Numbered from the stretch's first letter, positions 24,069 to 34,572 are shown. The stretch is 64,000 bases of DNA from Candidatus Staskawiczbacteria bacterium (GCA_041661545.1 JBAZUH010000001.1:672148-736147); one strand, 5' to 3'. Translations and numbers: made by a program. The notes: generated by a model from the letters alone, not told the origin.

Positions 24069-25384
24069 TGGCAAGCTTTACCAAAAATGTATCAGTAACG
24101 TTTTTTATTAGAGTAGCTACCGCTCTTATAACTGTTATAATTACAGTTATAATGGCAAGAGTTTTGGGTCCAACGGGGCAGGGTATATATTCTGTAGCAG
24201 TTTTGTTTCCTTCTCTGTTGTTAATTTTTACTGGTTTTAGCCTAAATTCAACAGTTACTTATTTTTTAGGAAAAGGCGAATATCCGCAAAAGCAAGTTAT
24301 TGGAACAAGTGTTATATTAAATCTTTTAGTAAGTTTTTTTACTATTTTGATTGGGTTTGCCGTTATTTTCTTCTTCGGGGGATTTTTTTTTCCAGACATT
24401 GAAAATGTATATTTATTTTTATCTTTATTATTGGTGCCATTAAATCTTTTTTTTAGTTTGGGGTGCCAGATTTTCCTAGGATTACAAAAATTCAATAAAT
24501 ATAATTTTATTTCTTTTTTTCAAAGTGCTATTTTTTTAATTTTTGTTACAATTCTTCTTTTAACCATGCACTTTGGAGTTACTGTAACAATATTATCTCA
24601 AATTATTTCTTATTTTATAGCAATTATAATTTTATTATTTCTTATTATTAAAGAAATAAAAGGCATTGATTTTAAATTAAGCAAGGTGTATTTAAAGGAA
24701 TATTTTTTATATAGCGTTAAGAGTCATTTAGGTAATATTTTTGATTTTTTACATTCAAGAATAGATTTATTTTTAATTAATTTATTTATAAATCCATTCT
24801 CGGCTGGTGTGTATTTTGCCTCCGTAAGATTGGTTGAGGGTGTGTGGCTTTTTTCCGGTTCTATTGGTACTGTATTATTTCCTAGGTTGGTGTCAGAAAA
24901 AGACCCTCAAAAGTTAAAGGAATTCACCCCCTTAATTTGTAGAAATGTTTTATTTTTTTCAACCATAATAATTATTTTTCTTTTTATAGTTTCTGGCTGG
25001 TTGATAACTTTTTTATATTCAGATAATTTTTCGGGTGCCATTATGCCATTTAGAATTCTTCTTGTTGGAATATTGTCTATTTCTGGTTTTGGTATATTGG
25101 CCAGCGATTTAGCTGCACGAGGAAAGCCGATGATAAATACTTATGCAATAGGAGTTTCTGCTATATTGAATATAATTTTAAATTTATTTTGGATACCAAA
25201 ATGGGGAATAAATGGAGCAGCCCTAGCAACAACTGTTTCTTATACAGTTATGTTTTTAGTTACAATAGCTATTTATATTAAAGTTTCTGGAAATAAGACA
25301 AGGGATATAATTTTAATAAAAAAAGAAGATCTTATTACGTATAAAAATCTATTTTTGTTTATTAAAGAGAAATTAATAAAATAA
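24068..25384 (+). CDS. Wzx-type polysaccharide flippase (MOP superfamily)
   Basis: 438 aa with about 12-14 TM helices. Polysacc_synt-like N-terminus. Located in a glycan locus. Confidence 0.75.
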   Translation: MASFTKNVSVTFFIRVATALITVIITVIMARVLGPTGQGIYSVAVLFPSLLLIFTGFSLNSTVTYFLGKGEYPQKQVIGTSVILNLLVSFFTILIGFAVIFFFGGFFFPDIENVYLFLSLLLVPLNLFFSLGCQIFLGLQKFNKYNFISFFQSAIFLIFVTILLLTMHFGVTVTILSQIISYFIAIIILLFLIIKEIKGIDFKLSKVYLKEYFLYSVKSHLGNIFDFLHSRIDLFLINLFINPFSAGVYFASVRLVEGVWLFSGSIGTVLFPRLVSEKDPQKLKEFTPLICRNVLFFSTIIIIFLFIVSGWLITFLYSDNFSGAIMPFRILLVGILSISGFGILASDLAARGKPMINTYAIGVSAILNIILNLFWIPKWGINGAALATTVSYTVMFLVTIAIYIKVSGNKTRDIILIKKEDLITYKNLFLFIKEKLIK

Positions 25385-25387
25385 ATC

Positions 25388-26458
25388 ATGAAAATTTGTT
25401 TTTTAGCAAGTGCTAATTCTGTGCATAGTTATAAGTGGGTAAAATATTTTGTAGATAAGGGGCACAAAGTGCACTGGGTTTCTTTTACCGAGAATACTCA
25501 AGGGCAAATTAAGGGCGTTTCTTTCTATCAGATTGATAGTCCTTTCCCCTTCAACTTTATTAAATTACGTAAAATTGTAAAAAAAATTAAACCCGATATT
25601 TTTCATGCTCATTATGCGGGTGTAAATGGATTTTTGGCTGCACTTGTTGGTTTTCATCCGTTTGTTTTAACAGCTTGGGGGTCAGATGTTTTAATTGCTG
25701 GAAAGCATTTTATAAAAAAGTTTTTTGTAAAATATGCTCTTAATAAGGCCGACTTAATAACCTGCGACGCAAATCACATGCAAAAAGCAATGGTGGGGAT
25801 GAGAGTGCCTCCTTCTAAAATAAAAATAATTTATTTTGGGATTGATGTATTAAAATTTAGCCCAGGTGAGAAAAATAAAGATATTGAAGAAAAGCTTGGA
25901 ATTTTTGGTTGCCCAGTAGTAGTTAGTTTAAGAAGCTTAGAACCTGTTTATAATGTAGAAACATTTATTAAAGCAATTCCACTAGTTTTAAGTGAAATTT
26001 CAGAAACAAAATTTATTATAGCTGGCAAGGGGTCCGAGGAAGAAAAATTAAAAGAATTAGCCAAAAGTCTTGGAATTTTTAATAATGTTAGGTTTATTGG
26101 ATGGATTTCTCAAGATGATCTTTCTCAGTATTTAAGGGTTGCTGATGTTTATGTTTCAACATCTCTGTCCGATGCAGGGATTGCCTCTTCTACTGCCGAA
26201 GCAATGGCCTGTGGCGTTTGTCCCATAATTACAGATTTTGGTGACAACAAAGAGTGGGTAAAAGATGGTAAAAACGGATTTTTAATGCCCCTAAAAGACC
26301 ATCATTTCTTAGTCGAAAAGATTATTTATCTATTGAAAAATCCGGAAGAAATGCTAAAATTAGGATACAATGCTAGGAAGGTAATTGAAGAAAAAAATAA
26401 TTATTATAAAGAAATGGAAAGAATGGAAAAATTATACGAATCCTTTAAGAAAAATTAA
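25388..26458 (+). CDS. GT4 (GT-B) glycosyltransferase
   Basis: The C-terminal 'SLSDAGIASSTAEAMACGVCPIITDFGDNKEWV' is an EX7E-type motif. Confidence 0.85.
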   Translation: MKICFLASANSVHSYKWVKYFVDKGHKVHWVSFTENTQGQIKGVSFYQIDSPFPFNFIKLRKIVKKIKPDIFHAHYAGVNGFLAALVGFHPFVLTAWGSDVLIAGKHFIKKFFVKYALNKADLITCDANHMQKAMVGMRVPPSKIKIIYFGIDVLKFSPGEKNKDIEEKLGIFGCPVVVSLRSLEPVYNVETFIKAIPLVLSEISETKFIIAGKGSEEEKLKELAKSLGIFNNVRFIGWISQDDLSQYLRVADVYVSTSLSDAGIASSTAEAMACGVCPIITDFGDNKEWVKDGKNGFLMPLKDHHFLVEKIIYLLKNPEEMLKLGYNARKVIEEKNNYYKEMERMEKLYESFKKN

Positions 26459-26472
26459 TATTTTAATAAATT

Positions 26473-27258
26473 ATGAAAACAATAATTCTTTGCGGGGGAA
26501 TGGGTACGAGAATGAAAGAGGAAACAGAATTTAAGCCCAAGCCCATGGTTTTGATAGGAGGCAAGCCAATTCTCTGGCATATTATGAAAACATATAGTCA
26601 TTATGGATATAATGATTTTGTTTTAGCGTTGGGCTATAAAGGTGACATGATAAAAAATTATTTTTTAGATCAACGAGCTTTTGTTAATGATTTTACGATA
26701 GAAGTTTCAAGCGGAAAAACCGATTTTCATAATAATGATTGTGATGATTTTAAGGTCACCCTGGCTGAAACTGGTCAAGAAACCGAGACAGGAGGAAGAA
26801 TAGTGAAACTTAAAAGGTATATAACAGAAGATGAGTTTATGATAACTTTTGGAGATGGTGTTTCTGATATAAATATTAAAGACCTAGTCGCCTTCCATAG
26901 GAATCAAAAAACAATTGGAACAATAAGTGGTTTTCATCCGCAGAGTAAATATGGATTAGTAAAAATAGATGAAAGCAATAACAAAATTATAAACTTTGAA
27001 CAAAAGCCGGTACTTTTTGATTATACCAGCGGAGGGTTTATGATTTTTAATAAAGAGGCTCTTAATTATTTTGATGAAGGGCCAATGGAGGATGGTCTTA
27101 TAAAAATGGTAAACGACGGACAACTTTCAATATATAAACACGAGGGATTTTGGAAGGCCATGGATACTTATAGAGAAATGGAGGAATTGAATAAATTATG
27201 GGAAGAGAGTAAGCCATGGGCAGTTTGGGAAAATAAAAAGAATAATGAAAACAAATAA
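26473..27258 (+). CDS. rfbF: Glucose-1-phosphate cytidylyltransferase
   Basis: 'IILCGGMGTRMKEETEFKPKPMVLIGGKPILWHIMK' and 'GFWKAMDTYRE' are highly characteristic of RfbF. Confidence 0.85.
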   Translation: MKTIILCGGMGTRMKEETEFKPKPMVLIGGKPILWHIMKTYSHYGYNDFVLALGYKGDMIKNYFLDQRAFVNDFTIEVSSGKTDFHNNDCDDFKVTLAETGQETETGGRIVKLKRYITEDEFMITFGDGVSDINIKDLVAFHRNQKTIGTISGFHPQSKYGLVKIDESNNKIINFEQKPVLFDYTSGGFMIFNKEALNYFDEGPMEDGLIKMVNDGQLSIYKHEGFWKAMDTYREMEELNKLWEESKPWAVWENKKNNENK

Positions 27259-28183
27259 CTTTAAAAAGGTTTTGGTTACTGGTGGAGCGGGATTTATTGG
27301 AAGTTACCTCGTAAATGAATTGGTGAGAAAAAACTATGAAGTTGTTGTGATAGATGATTTATCATCTGGTAAAAAAGAAAGTTTAAACTCAAGAGTTAAA
27401 TTTTATAAGCAGGACGTACGGAGTAAGGATGTTTTTAAAATTTTTAAAAAAGAAAATCCCCAAATTATTTTTCATTTAGCAGCTAAGCCAATTGTTGAAG
27501 AAGTATACAAAAACCCTTATGAGGCAATTGAAGTTAATGTTATGGGTACAGTCAATATTCTAGAGGCTTGCAGGAAACAAGGCGGAGTTGAATCAATTGT
27601 TATTGTTTCTTCAGATAAGGCCTATGGCAAAGCAGAAAAATTGCCATATAAAGAAACTTCCCCCCTCAGGGGTGACCACCCTTATGATGTTTCAAAATCA
27701 GCAGCTGATTTAATAGCAAGAACTTATTTTGTAACATATGGTCTTCCAATTTTAATAACAAGATTTAGTAACGTTTTTGGTCCAGGAGACACAAATTTTT
27801 CAAGAATAATTCCTGGAATTTTAGAATCTATTATAGAAAATAAAGAATTTTTAATAAGAAGCGACGGGAAAATGATTAGAGAATATACTTATGTAAAAGA
27901 TATTGTTGACGGCTGTATAAAGTTATCTAATCATAAAAAAAATTTTGGGGAAGCTTTTAATTTTGGATCTAAAAATATATTTAATGTTATTGAAGTTATA
28001 AAAAATATTGAGAAAATATTGAATGTAAGAGTAAATTATAAAATATTAAATATAGCTAAAAATGAGATACCCGTACAATATTTAGATTGGTCAAAATCTA
28101 AAAAAGTTTTAAATTGGGAACCAGAAAATAGTTTTAGAGAAAGTATAAAAGAAACATTTAATTGGTATAAAAATGAATTGTAG
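27245..28183 (+). CDS. Extended-SDR NAD-dependent sugar dehydratase/epimerase (probable CDP-hexose 4,6-dehydratase)
   Basis: 'VTGGAGFIGSYLV', 'SSDKAYG' and 'PYDVSK' (YxxxK). Context after rfbF. Confidence 0.65.
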   Translation: MKTNNFKKVLVTGGAGFIGSYLVNELVRKNYEVVVIDDLSSGKKESLNSRVKFYKQDVRSKDVFKIFKKENPQIIFHLAAKPIVEEVYKNPYEAIEVNVMGTVNILEACRKQGGVESIVIVSSDKAYGKAEKLPYKETSPLRGDHPYDVSKSAADLIARTYFVTYGLPILITRFSNVFGPGDTNFSRIIPGILESIIENKEFLIRSDGKMIREYTYVKDIVDGCIKLSNHKKNFGEAFNFGSKNIFNVIEVIKNIEKILNVRVNYKILNIAKNEIPVQYLDWSKSKKVLNWEPENSFRESIKETFNWYKNEL

Positions 28184-29381
28184 AAATTGTAACTCATCAA
28201 TAATAGAATTTTTTTCTTTAGGGCAGATGCCCCCGATTAATTCTTTTTTGAAGAAGGAGGATATTATTAATGAAAAAAAATATAATTTAAGCGTAGGGTT
28301 TTGTCCTAGATGTTTTTTGGTTCAATTGATAGATACAATACCACCGGAAGATCTTTTTAGGGATTATGTTTATTTTTCGTCTGTTTCTAAGTCGTTTTTA
28401 CAGCATTGCGAAGAAATCGCAGATGACCTAACTAAAAAATTAAATCTTGACAAAGATAGTTTGGTGTTAGAAATTGCCAGTAATGACGGCGCTCAATTGC
28501 AGTATTTTAAAGAGTTGGGAATACCAGTTTTAGGAGTAGATCCTGCTGAGAACATAGCAAAAGTAGCAAATGAAAAGGGAATTGAAACTATAGCAGAGTT
28601 TTTTAATTACAATTTTGCCAGAGATCTAAAAGAGAAGAATATTCAAGCAGATCTAATATTTGGTGCGAACGTTTTAGCTCACGTCCCAGAAATTGTAGAT
28701 TTTGTAAAAGGAGTGAAAGAAATTTTAAAACCAAATGGTACAGCGGTTTTTGAATTTCCATACGTGAAAGGCCTTATGGAGAATAAATTTGATATTATTT
28801 ATCATGAGCATGTTTTTTATTATTCGCTTATTGCTTTGATAAATCTATTTAAAGCAGCAGATTTGGAGGTTTATAATGTTGAGATGACTCCAATGCAGGG
28901 GGGCTCTTTGATGATATTTGTTGCAAATCCAGGAGTTTTCCCAATGAATGAAAATATTAATAATCTTGTGGCAAAAGAAATGGAGATGGATTTTGATAAA
29001 ATTAAAACTTACCAAAAAATTGCAGAAAACGTAAATAAGTTAAAAAATGATGCGGTTGCTTTATTGAATAAATTAAAAAGCGAGGGGAAAAAAATAGTAG
29101 CCTATTCAGCTCCTGCAAAGGGAAATATACTGTTAAACTATTTTGGCATCGGTCAAAATTATCTTGATTTTATAGTAGATAAATCAGAGGCAAAGCAAAA
29201 TTTATATACTCCTGGAACCCATTTGTTGGTTTATCCGCCAGCGAAAATATATGAAGAAAAACCAGATTATCTTTTAGTTTTATGCTGGAATATATCAGAT
29301 GAAGTAGTCGAACAGTTAAAGGATTATCATGATGTCGGTGGCAAGTTCATAATACCAATCCCAGAAATAAAAATTGTGTAA
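28173..29381 (+). CDS. NDP-hexose C-methyltransferase (Zn-ribbon + class I SAM MTase + C-terminal C-MeT domain)
   Basis: N-terminal 'CRNCNSS..FFSLGQMPPINSF ... CPRCFLVQL', SAM motif 'LEIASNDG', TylCIII-like layout. Confidence 0.7.
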   Translation: MNCRNCNSSIIEFFSLGQMPPINSFLKKEDIINEKKYNLSVGFCPRCFLVQLIDTIPPEDLFRDYVYFSSVSKSFLQHCEEIADDLTKKLNLDKDSLVLEIASNDGAQLQYFKELGIPVLGVDPAENIAKVANEKGIETIAEFFNYNFARDLKEKNIQADLIFGANVLAHVPEIVDFVKGVKEILKPNGTAVFEFPYVKGLMENKFDIIYHEHVFYYSLIALINLFKAADLEVYNVEMTPMQGGSLMIFVANPGVFPMNENINNLVAKEMEMDFDKIKTYQKIAENVNKLKNDAVALLNKLKSEGKKIVAYSAPAKGNILLNYFGIGQNYLDFIVDKSEAKQNLYTPGTHLLVYPPAKIYEEKPDYLLVLCWNISDEVVEQLKDYHDVGGKFIIPIPEIKIV

Positions 29382-29916
29382 GAAGATGATTTTTAAAAAA
29401 ACAAAAATTGAAGGGCTGTATATTGTTGAACCAGAATTAAAAACAGATGAAAGAGGTTATTTCGTTAGAAATTTTTGTAAAGAAGAATTTAATAAAGTAG
29501 GCATACAATTTGACATAGCGCAAGCTAGTCAGTCATTCACAAAAAAGAGGGGCACAATTCGCGGAATGCATTTCCAAAAAGAACCAAAAGGAGAGAAAAA
29601 AATAGTGCAATGTATGCGCGGGGCAATATATGACGTTGTGATTGATCTGCGTGAAGATTCAAAAACCTACGGTCATTGGATTGGCGAAGAATTAACTGAA
29701 GAGAATAGAAAAATGCTTTTTATACCTAAAAACTGTGCTCACGGATTCCAGACCTTAACGAGTGATTGTTTGCTACAGTATTTTATGTCAGAATTATATT
29801 ATCCTGAATTAGTGTTTGGGGTTAGATGGGATGACCCTCTTTTTAATATTAAATGGCCGTTGGAGAATAAAACTATTTCTGAAAGAGATCAGAATTGGCC
29901 TTTATTAAAAATATGA
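29374..29916 (+). CDS. NDP-4-keto-6-deoxyhexose 3,5-epimerase (RmlC-like cupin); likely start ATG 29386
   Basis: 'RGMHFQKEPKGEKKIVQCMRGAIYDVVIDLR' and 'IPKNCAHGFQTL'. Confidence 0.8.
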   Translation: MCKKMIFKKTKIEGLYIVEPELKTDERGYFVRNFCKEEFNKVGIQFDIAQASQSFTKKRGTIRGMHFQKEPKGEKKIVQCMRGAIYDVVIDLREDSKTYGHWIGEELTEENRKMLFIPKNCAHGFQTLTSDCLLQYFMSELYYPELVFGVRWDDPLFNIKWPLENKTISERDQNWPLLKI

Positions 29917-31025
29917 ACAAAAAAATGATATCAATCACTGGACCATCTATAACTAAAAAAGAAGTTAGTTATATTACAAAAGCTGTTAAAGATGGCTGGA
30001 ATGAAAATCATAAAAAATATACAAATTTATTCGAAAAAAAATTTGCTCAATATATTAGAAGAAAATATGCTTTAGCAACTTCTTCTTGTACGGGTGCTCT
30101 TCATCTTGCTTTTTTGGTCTTGGGTTTAAAAAAGGGAGATGAGGTAATAGTCCCTAATATTACTTGGATAGCATCGGTTGAGCCATTGTATTGGATGGGA
30201 GTAAGGCCTGTATTTGTTGATATTGATGCAGAAACTTGGTGTATTAACCCTTCGGATATTGCTAAAAAAATAACCAAAAAAACTAAAGCAATTTTAGTAG
30301 TTGATTTATATGGGGGAATGCCTGAAATGAATAAAATTTTAGAAATTGCTAAAAAGCATAATTTGAAAATCATTGAAGATGCTGCGGAAGCCGTTGGTTC
30401 TGAATATAAAAGTAAAAAGGCGGGAAGTTTTGGAGATGTGTCCTGTTTTAGTTTCCATGGGTCTAAAACTCTTACAACGGGGGAGGGTGGGATGTTATTG
30501 ACCAATAGTAAAGACACTATTGAAAAAGCAAAATATTTTTATGATCATTGCAAAGACCAGAAAAAACTATTTTGGAATTTAGAAATTGGTTACAAATATA
30601 AAATGTCCAATTTCCAAGCAGCTTGCGGGCTTGCACAATTGGAAAGGGTCGATGAACTCATTGCTAAAAAAAGAAAAATATTTTCTTGGTATAAAGAAAG
30701 ATTATCAAAAATTCAAGGATTAAAATTAAATGCAGAACCGGAAAATACGAAGAACACATATTGGATGGTGACAGTAGTCTTCGATAAAAAATATAATATT
30801 AATAAAGAAAAACTGGTTGAAAATTTGGCAAAATATAATATCCAGGCCAGACCGTTTTTTTATCCGCTTTCTTCTCTGCCCGCAATAAATTGCAAAGCAA
30901 ATACACCAGTTTCTTTTGATATTTCCTCGAGATCTATAAATCTTCCATGTGGGCAAAATATTACAGAAAAACAGGTCGATTATATTTGTGATTCTTTATT
31001 AAGAATTCTAAAAGATAAAAAATGA
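29895..31025 (+). CDS. DegT/DnrJ/EryC1-family sugar aminotransferase; likely start ATG 29913 (ATGA overlap)
   Basis: 'SSCTGALHLA', 'IEDAAEAVGS' and 'FSFHGSKTLTTGEGG'. Confidence 0.85.
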   Translation: MAFIKNMNKKMISITGPSITKKEVSYITKAVKDGWNENHKKYTNLFEKKFAQYIRRKYALATSSCTGALHLAFLVLGLKKGDEVIVPNITWIASVEPLYWMGVRPVFVDIDAETWCINPSDIAKKITKKTKAILVVDLYGGMPEMNKILEIAKKHNLKIIEDAAEAVGSEYKSKKAGSFGDVSCFSFHGSKTLTTGEGGMLLTNSKDTIEKAKYFYDHCKDQKKLFWNLEIGYKYKMSNFQAACGLAQLERVDELIAKKRKIFSWYKERLSKIQGLKLNAEPENTKNTYWMVTVVFDKKYNINKEKLVENLAKYNIQARPFFYPLSSLPAINCKANTPVSFDISSRSINLPCGQNITEKQVDYICDSLLRILKDKK

Positions 31026-31807
31026 TTGCTAAAAAATTACCACAAAAACCAAAAATTATTCTGCTAGCTAACGATGAAGTTGGCTTAAAGATTGCTAAGT
31101 ATTTAAAAAGTCAGAAAGAAAATATTGTTGGACTGGTATTGCATCCTAAAAATAAAGCTAAATTAGCGGATAAAATAAGGAAAACAATAGGTATTAAAAA
31201 TATTTTTTATGCGGATCAAATGGGCTCGCCGGATTTTTTAGAAAAGATTAAAAAAATTCAGCCCGATATAGCGCTCTCAATGTGGTTTGGATATATTTTA
31301 AAGTCAGAATTTATTAAATTATTTCCATCAGGTTGTATTAATTTACACAATAGTTTTCTTCCGTTAAATCGTGGTAAATATCCACATGTATGGGCCGTTT
31401 ATAATGATTCTAAATATGGTGTTTCTATTCATTATATAGATGAAAAAATAGATACGGGCGATATTTTAATTAGGAAAGAGGTAAAAGTTAAACCTACGGA
31501 TATTGCTGGCACTCTTTATAGTCGCTCACTGGAAGAAATTGTAAAGTTGTTTATATCTTTTTGGCCACATTTTAAAAAGGGGGGAATAAAAGTGATAAAA
31601 CAGAATAATAAAATTGCTACTTCTCATTTTGCAAAAGATATTGAGCGACTTGATTTTATCGACTTAAATAAAAAATATTTAGGAAAACACTTAATCAATC
31701 AATTAAGAAGTCGAAGCTTCGTTGATAGAACATATGCCTATTTCTTGCATAAAAAGAAGCATATTTATATAAAAATAACTTTATCTGATAAGCCTAATTT
31801 TAAATAG
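31022..31807 (+). CDS. Sugar N-formyltransferase (Fmt/PurN-like formyl_trans_N)
   Basis: 'INLHNSFLPLNRGKYPHVWA' and 'GVSIHYIDEKIDTGDIL' (HxSLLPxxRG-type site). Confidence 0.75.
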   Translation: MIAKKLPQKPKIILLANDEVGLKIAKYLKSQKENIVGLVLHPKNKAKLADKIRKTIGIKNIFYADQMGSPDFLEKIKKIQPDIALSMWFGYILKSEFIKLFPSGCINLHNSFLPLNRGKYPHVWAVYNDSKYGVSIHYIDEKIDTGDILIRKEVKVKPTDIAGTLYSRSLEEIVKLFISFWPHFKKGGIKVIKQNNKIATSHFAKDIERLDFIDLNKKYLGKHLINQLRSRSFVDRTYAYFLHKKKHIYIKITLSDKPNFK

Positions 31808-31827
31808 GCAAATCGAAACTAAAAAAT

Positions 31828-32559
31828 ATGAATCCAATTCAACAATTTAAATTAGAAAAAGAAAAAAATATAAAAAGGCAAGGAAAAAATAAAAAGCTTA
31901 AGAATTTAAGCAAAAAGTTTATAGTTGATTCTATAAAATCTAAATATTCATATAATTTTTCTTGGCTTGGCCGGCCAGTTATTCAATATCCTCAGGATAT
32001 TATTGCTATGCAAGAAATTATTTGGAATATAAGGCCAGATTTGATTATTGAAACTGGAATTGCTCACGGTGGAGGATTAATTTTTTACGCTTCTATGTTG
32101 GAATTGTTGGGAACAGGTGAGGTTGTGGGAATTGATGTGGACATCAGGGAGCATAACAAAAAGGAAATTGAGAATCATAAAATGTTTAAGAGGATAAAAA
32201 TGATTGAAGGATCTTCTGTTGACAGCAATGTTGTTGAAAAAGTTAGAGATATAGCCAAAAAACATAATAAAGTTTTAGTAATTTTAGACTCCCTGCATAC
32301 ACACAAGCACGTTTTAAAAGAATTAAACCTGTATTCAGAATTTGTAAGTGGGGGAAGTTATCTTATAGCTTTCGACACTGTAGTTGAAAATATGCCAAAA
32401 GGGTCTTTTAAAAATAGACCATGGGATAAGGGAAACAATCCGGCTACAGCCGTTAAGGAGTTTCTTAAAAATAATGAAAATTTTGTTGTCGATAAAGAAA
32501 TTGAAAATAAATTATTAATTACAGTCGCCCCTGGCGGGTATCTTAAAAGGATTAAATGA
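31828..32559 (+). CDS. CmcI / cephalosporin-hydroxylase-family methyltransferase
   Basis: 'WLGRPVIQYPQDIIAMQEIIWNIRPDLIIETGIAHGGGLIFYA' is typical of PF04989-type proteins. Confidence 0.7.
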   Translation: MNPIQQFKLEKEKNIKRQGKNKKLKNLSKKFIVDSIKSKYSYNFSWLGRPVIQYPQDIIAMQEIIWNIRPDLIIETGIAHGGGLIFYASMLELLGTGEVVGIDVDIREHNKKEIENHKMFKRIKMIEGSSVDSNVVEKVRDIAKKHNKVLVILDSLHTHKHVLKELNLYSEFVSGGSYLIAFDTVVENMPKGSFKNRPWDKGNNPATAVKEFLKNNENFVVDKEIENKLLITVAPGGYLKRIK

Positions 32560-32563
32560 TTTC

Positions 32564-33715
32564 ATGAAACGACCATTTTTTTCGGTAATTATTCCCACAA
32601 AAAATAGGCCGGAATTATTACGAGATGCAATCTCTAGTGTTCTTTTACAGAACTTTGATGACTATGAACTAATAGTTTCTGATAATTTTAATGATGATAG
32701 AACAAAAAAAATCGTTGAAGAGTTTCGTGATAACGAACATTTAAATTATATTAAAACCGATAGGGAAATGAACATGCCTGATCATTGGGAATTTGCAACT
32801 CAAAAAGCAAGCGGATTTTATGTGATGGTTCTTACAGATAGGTCTTTTTTGAGACAGGGTTCGTTGTGCGATATTTATGATTCAATATCAAAGGCCAAAG
32901 AAGAAGTGGACATTTGTTTTTGGGACTTCGGTCTTTACGATGAGAAAAGAAAAATATTGTTTGGAGAAAAGGAAAAAAGGGGGGTTGAATTTTTAAAATC
33001 AAAAGACCTTATAGAAAATTTCAGTAAAACGCTGGGCGAGCATTTTTTGCCTCGGCTCCATAGCAGTTGTTACAGATTTGATATTGCAGAAAAAATTAGA
33101 CAGAATGTTGGTAGATTGTGTTGGCCAATTTCTCCCGACTACACCTCTGCACTTTTGCTTCTGGCACATAGCGATTCCGTGCTATATATTCCGCGTTCTT
33201 TATTTTTTTTTCAAGGGGAAGTGGTAAGTAATGGCACCAACGCAAAATTTAATCCAGCGATTTTTATTTCTTCGCTGAGCGTTGAAAACCCTTATCAGTT
33301 TGTTCCTATCAAGGTACCAATCATTTATAGCACGATTATTAATGATCTTTTGACAATTAAAAATATGGTTAAGGGAAATTTTGGAGATATCAACATTGAT
33401 TGGGTTTTCTATTTTACAACTTGTTATGTCGAGGTAATGGGAAACCTAACAAGACCAGATGCGGATAAAAAAGCCCAACTTGAGCATCTTAAAGAGTGGA
33501 AAAAAACATTGCTTACTTTTGACAAAAAATTTCAAAGAGCAGTTTGGAGAGCGATAAGACGAAGATATAAAGAAATTATAAAATCTTATATAAGATCAAG
33601 CTTTGCAGGGAATTTTTTGGCAGGTGTAAAAAGATTTTTGCTGGGCAAGCCAACTCGCAAGTGTTTGGGCGCTCTTGATGCCGGAGGATTTGATTATAAG
33701 ATATCTAAAAAATAA
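32564..33715 (+). CDS. GT2 glycosyltransferase
   Basis: 'FFSVIIPTKNRPELL...SVLLQNFDDYELIVSDN' is a GT-A DxD-type N-terminus. Confidence 0.75.
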   Translation: MKRPFFSVIIPTKNRPELLRDAISSVLLQNFDDYELIVSDNFNDDRTKKIVEEFRDNEHLNYIKTDREMNMPDHWEFATQKASGFYVMVLTDRSFLRQGSLCDIYDSISKAKEEVDICFWDFGLYDEKRKILFGEKEKRGVEFLKSKDLIENFSKTLGEHFLPRLHSSCYRFDIAEKIRQNVGRLCWPISPDYTSALLLLAHSDSVLYIPRSLFFFQGEVVSNGTNAKFNPAIFISSLSVENPYQFVPIKVPIIYSTIINDLLTIKNMVKGNFGDINIDWVFYFTTCYVEVMGNLTRPDADKKAQLEHLKEWKKTLLTFDKKFQRAVWRAIRRRYKEIIKSYIRSSFAGNFLAGVKRFLLGKPTRKCLGALDAGGFDYKISKK

Positions 33716-33737
33716 TTAAAAATGTACGATAACTATT

Positions 33738-34565
33738 ATGATAATTCTAGATGGAAAAAAATTATCTGAAGAAATTCTGAATGAGATAAAAAAAGAATTT
33801 TTAACAAGAAATCAGAAGATGAGATTAGATATAATATTAGTAGGAGATAATTATTCTTCGGAAGTTTTTGCAAGAAGAAAAGGAATGGCATGCTCATTTA
33901 TTGGCATAGATTTTAGCTTGCATCGCCTTCCTAAAGATATAAGCATTATTGAATTTAAAAAAACAGTTGAAGGTATATCTCGCGACCCTTGTGTTTTTGG
34001 TATTGTAATCCAGCTACCTCTACCGGCAGAAATTAATAAACAGGAGGTATTTGATTTGATTCCTCCAAATAAAGACGTAGATATTTTATCAACATATAAT
34101 CTTGGGAAATTTTATACTGGCAATCCATCGTTTATTCCACCGGTTGTTGGTGCGGTTAGTCATTTTTTTAAAAAATATAAAATTACACTAGAGAAAAAAA
34201 ATGTTGTTTTGGTAGGCGCAGGAAGATTAGTGGGTTTTCCATTGTCGCTTTGGCTTTTTAGAAAAAAAGCAACGGTTTCTATTGTTAATGAATTTACCAA
34301 GGACATATCTTTTTATACAAAAAAGGCAGATATCATAATATCTGGTGTCGGAAAGCCAAAATTTATTAAGGGAAATATGGTAAAAAAGGGTGTGATAGTG
34401 ATTGATGTCGGAGTATCTTTAGTGGGCAAAAAGTTATTTGGAGATTTTGATTTTGAAACAATTTCTAAAAAAGCAAGATATATTACTCCTGTTCCAGGAG
34501 GAGTTGGCCCAATGACAATAGCTTGTTTATTAGAGAATTTTGTAGTTTTGAATAGGGATCGATAA
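33738..34565 (+). CDS. folD: Bifunctional methylene-THF dehydrogenase / methenyl-THF cyclohydrolase
   Basis: 'ILVGDN..SEVFARRK', 'GIVIQLPLP', 'VVLVGAGRLVGFPL' and 'ITPVPGGVGPMT'. Confidence 0.9.
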   Translation: MIILDGKKLSEEILNEIKKEFLTRNQKMRLDIILVGDNYSSEVFARRKGMACSFIGIDFSLHRLPKDISIIEFKKTVEGISRDPCVFGIVIQLPLPAEINKQEVFDLIPPNKDVDILSTYNLGKFYTGNPSFIPPVVGAVSHFFKKYKITLEKKNVVLVGAGRLVGFPLSLWLFRKKATVSIVNEFTKDISFYTKKADIIISGVGKPKFIKGNMVKKGVIVIDVGVSLVGKKLFGDFDFETISKKARYITPVPGGVGPMTIACLLENFVVLNRDR

Positions 34566-34572
34566 AATTAAG

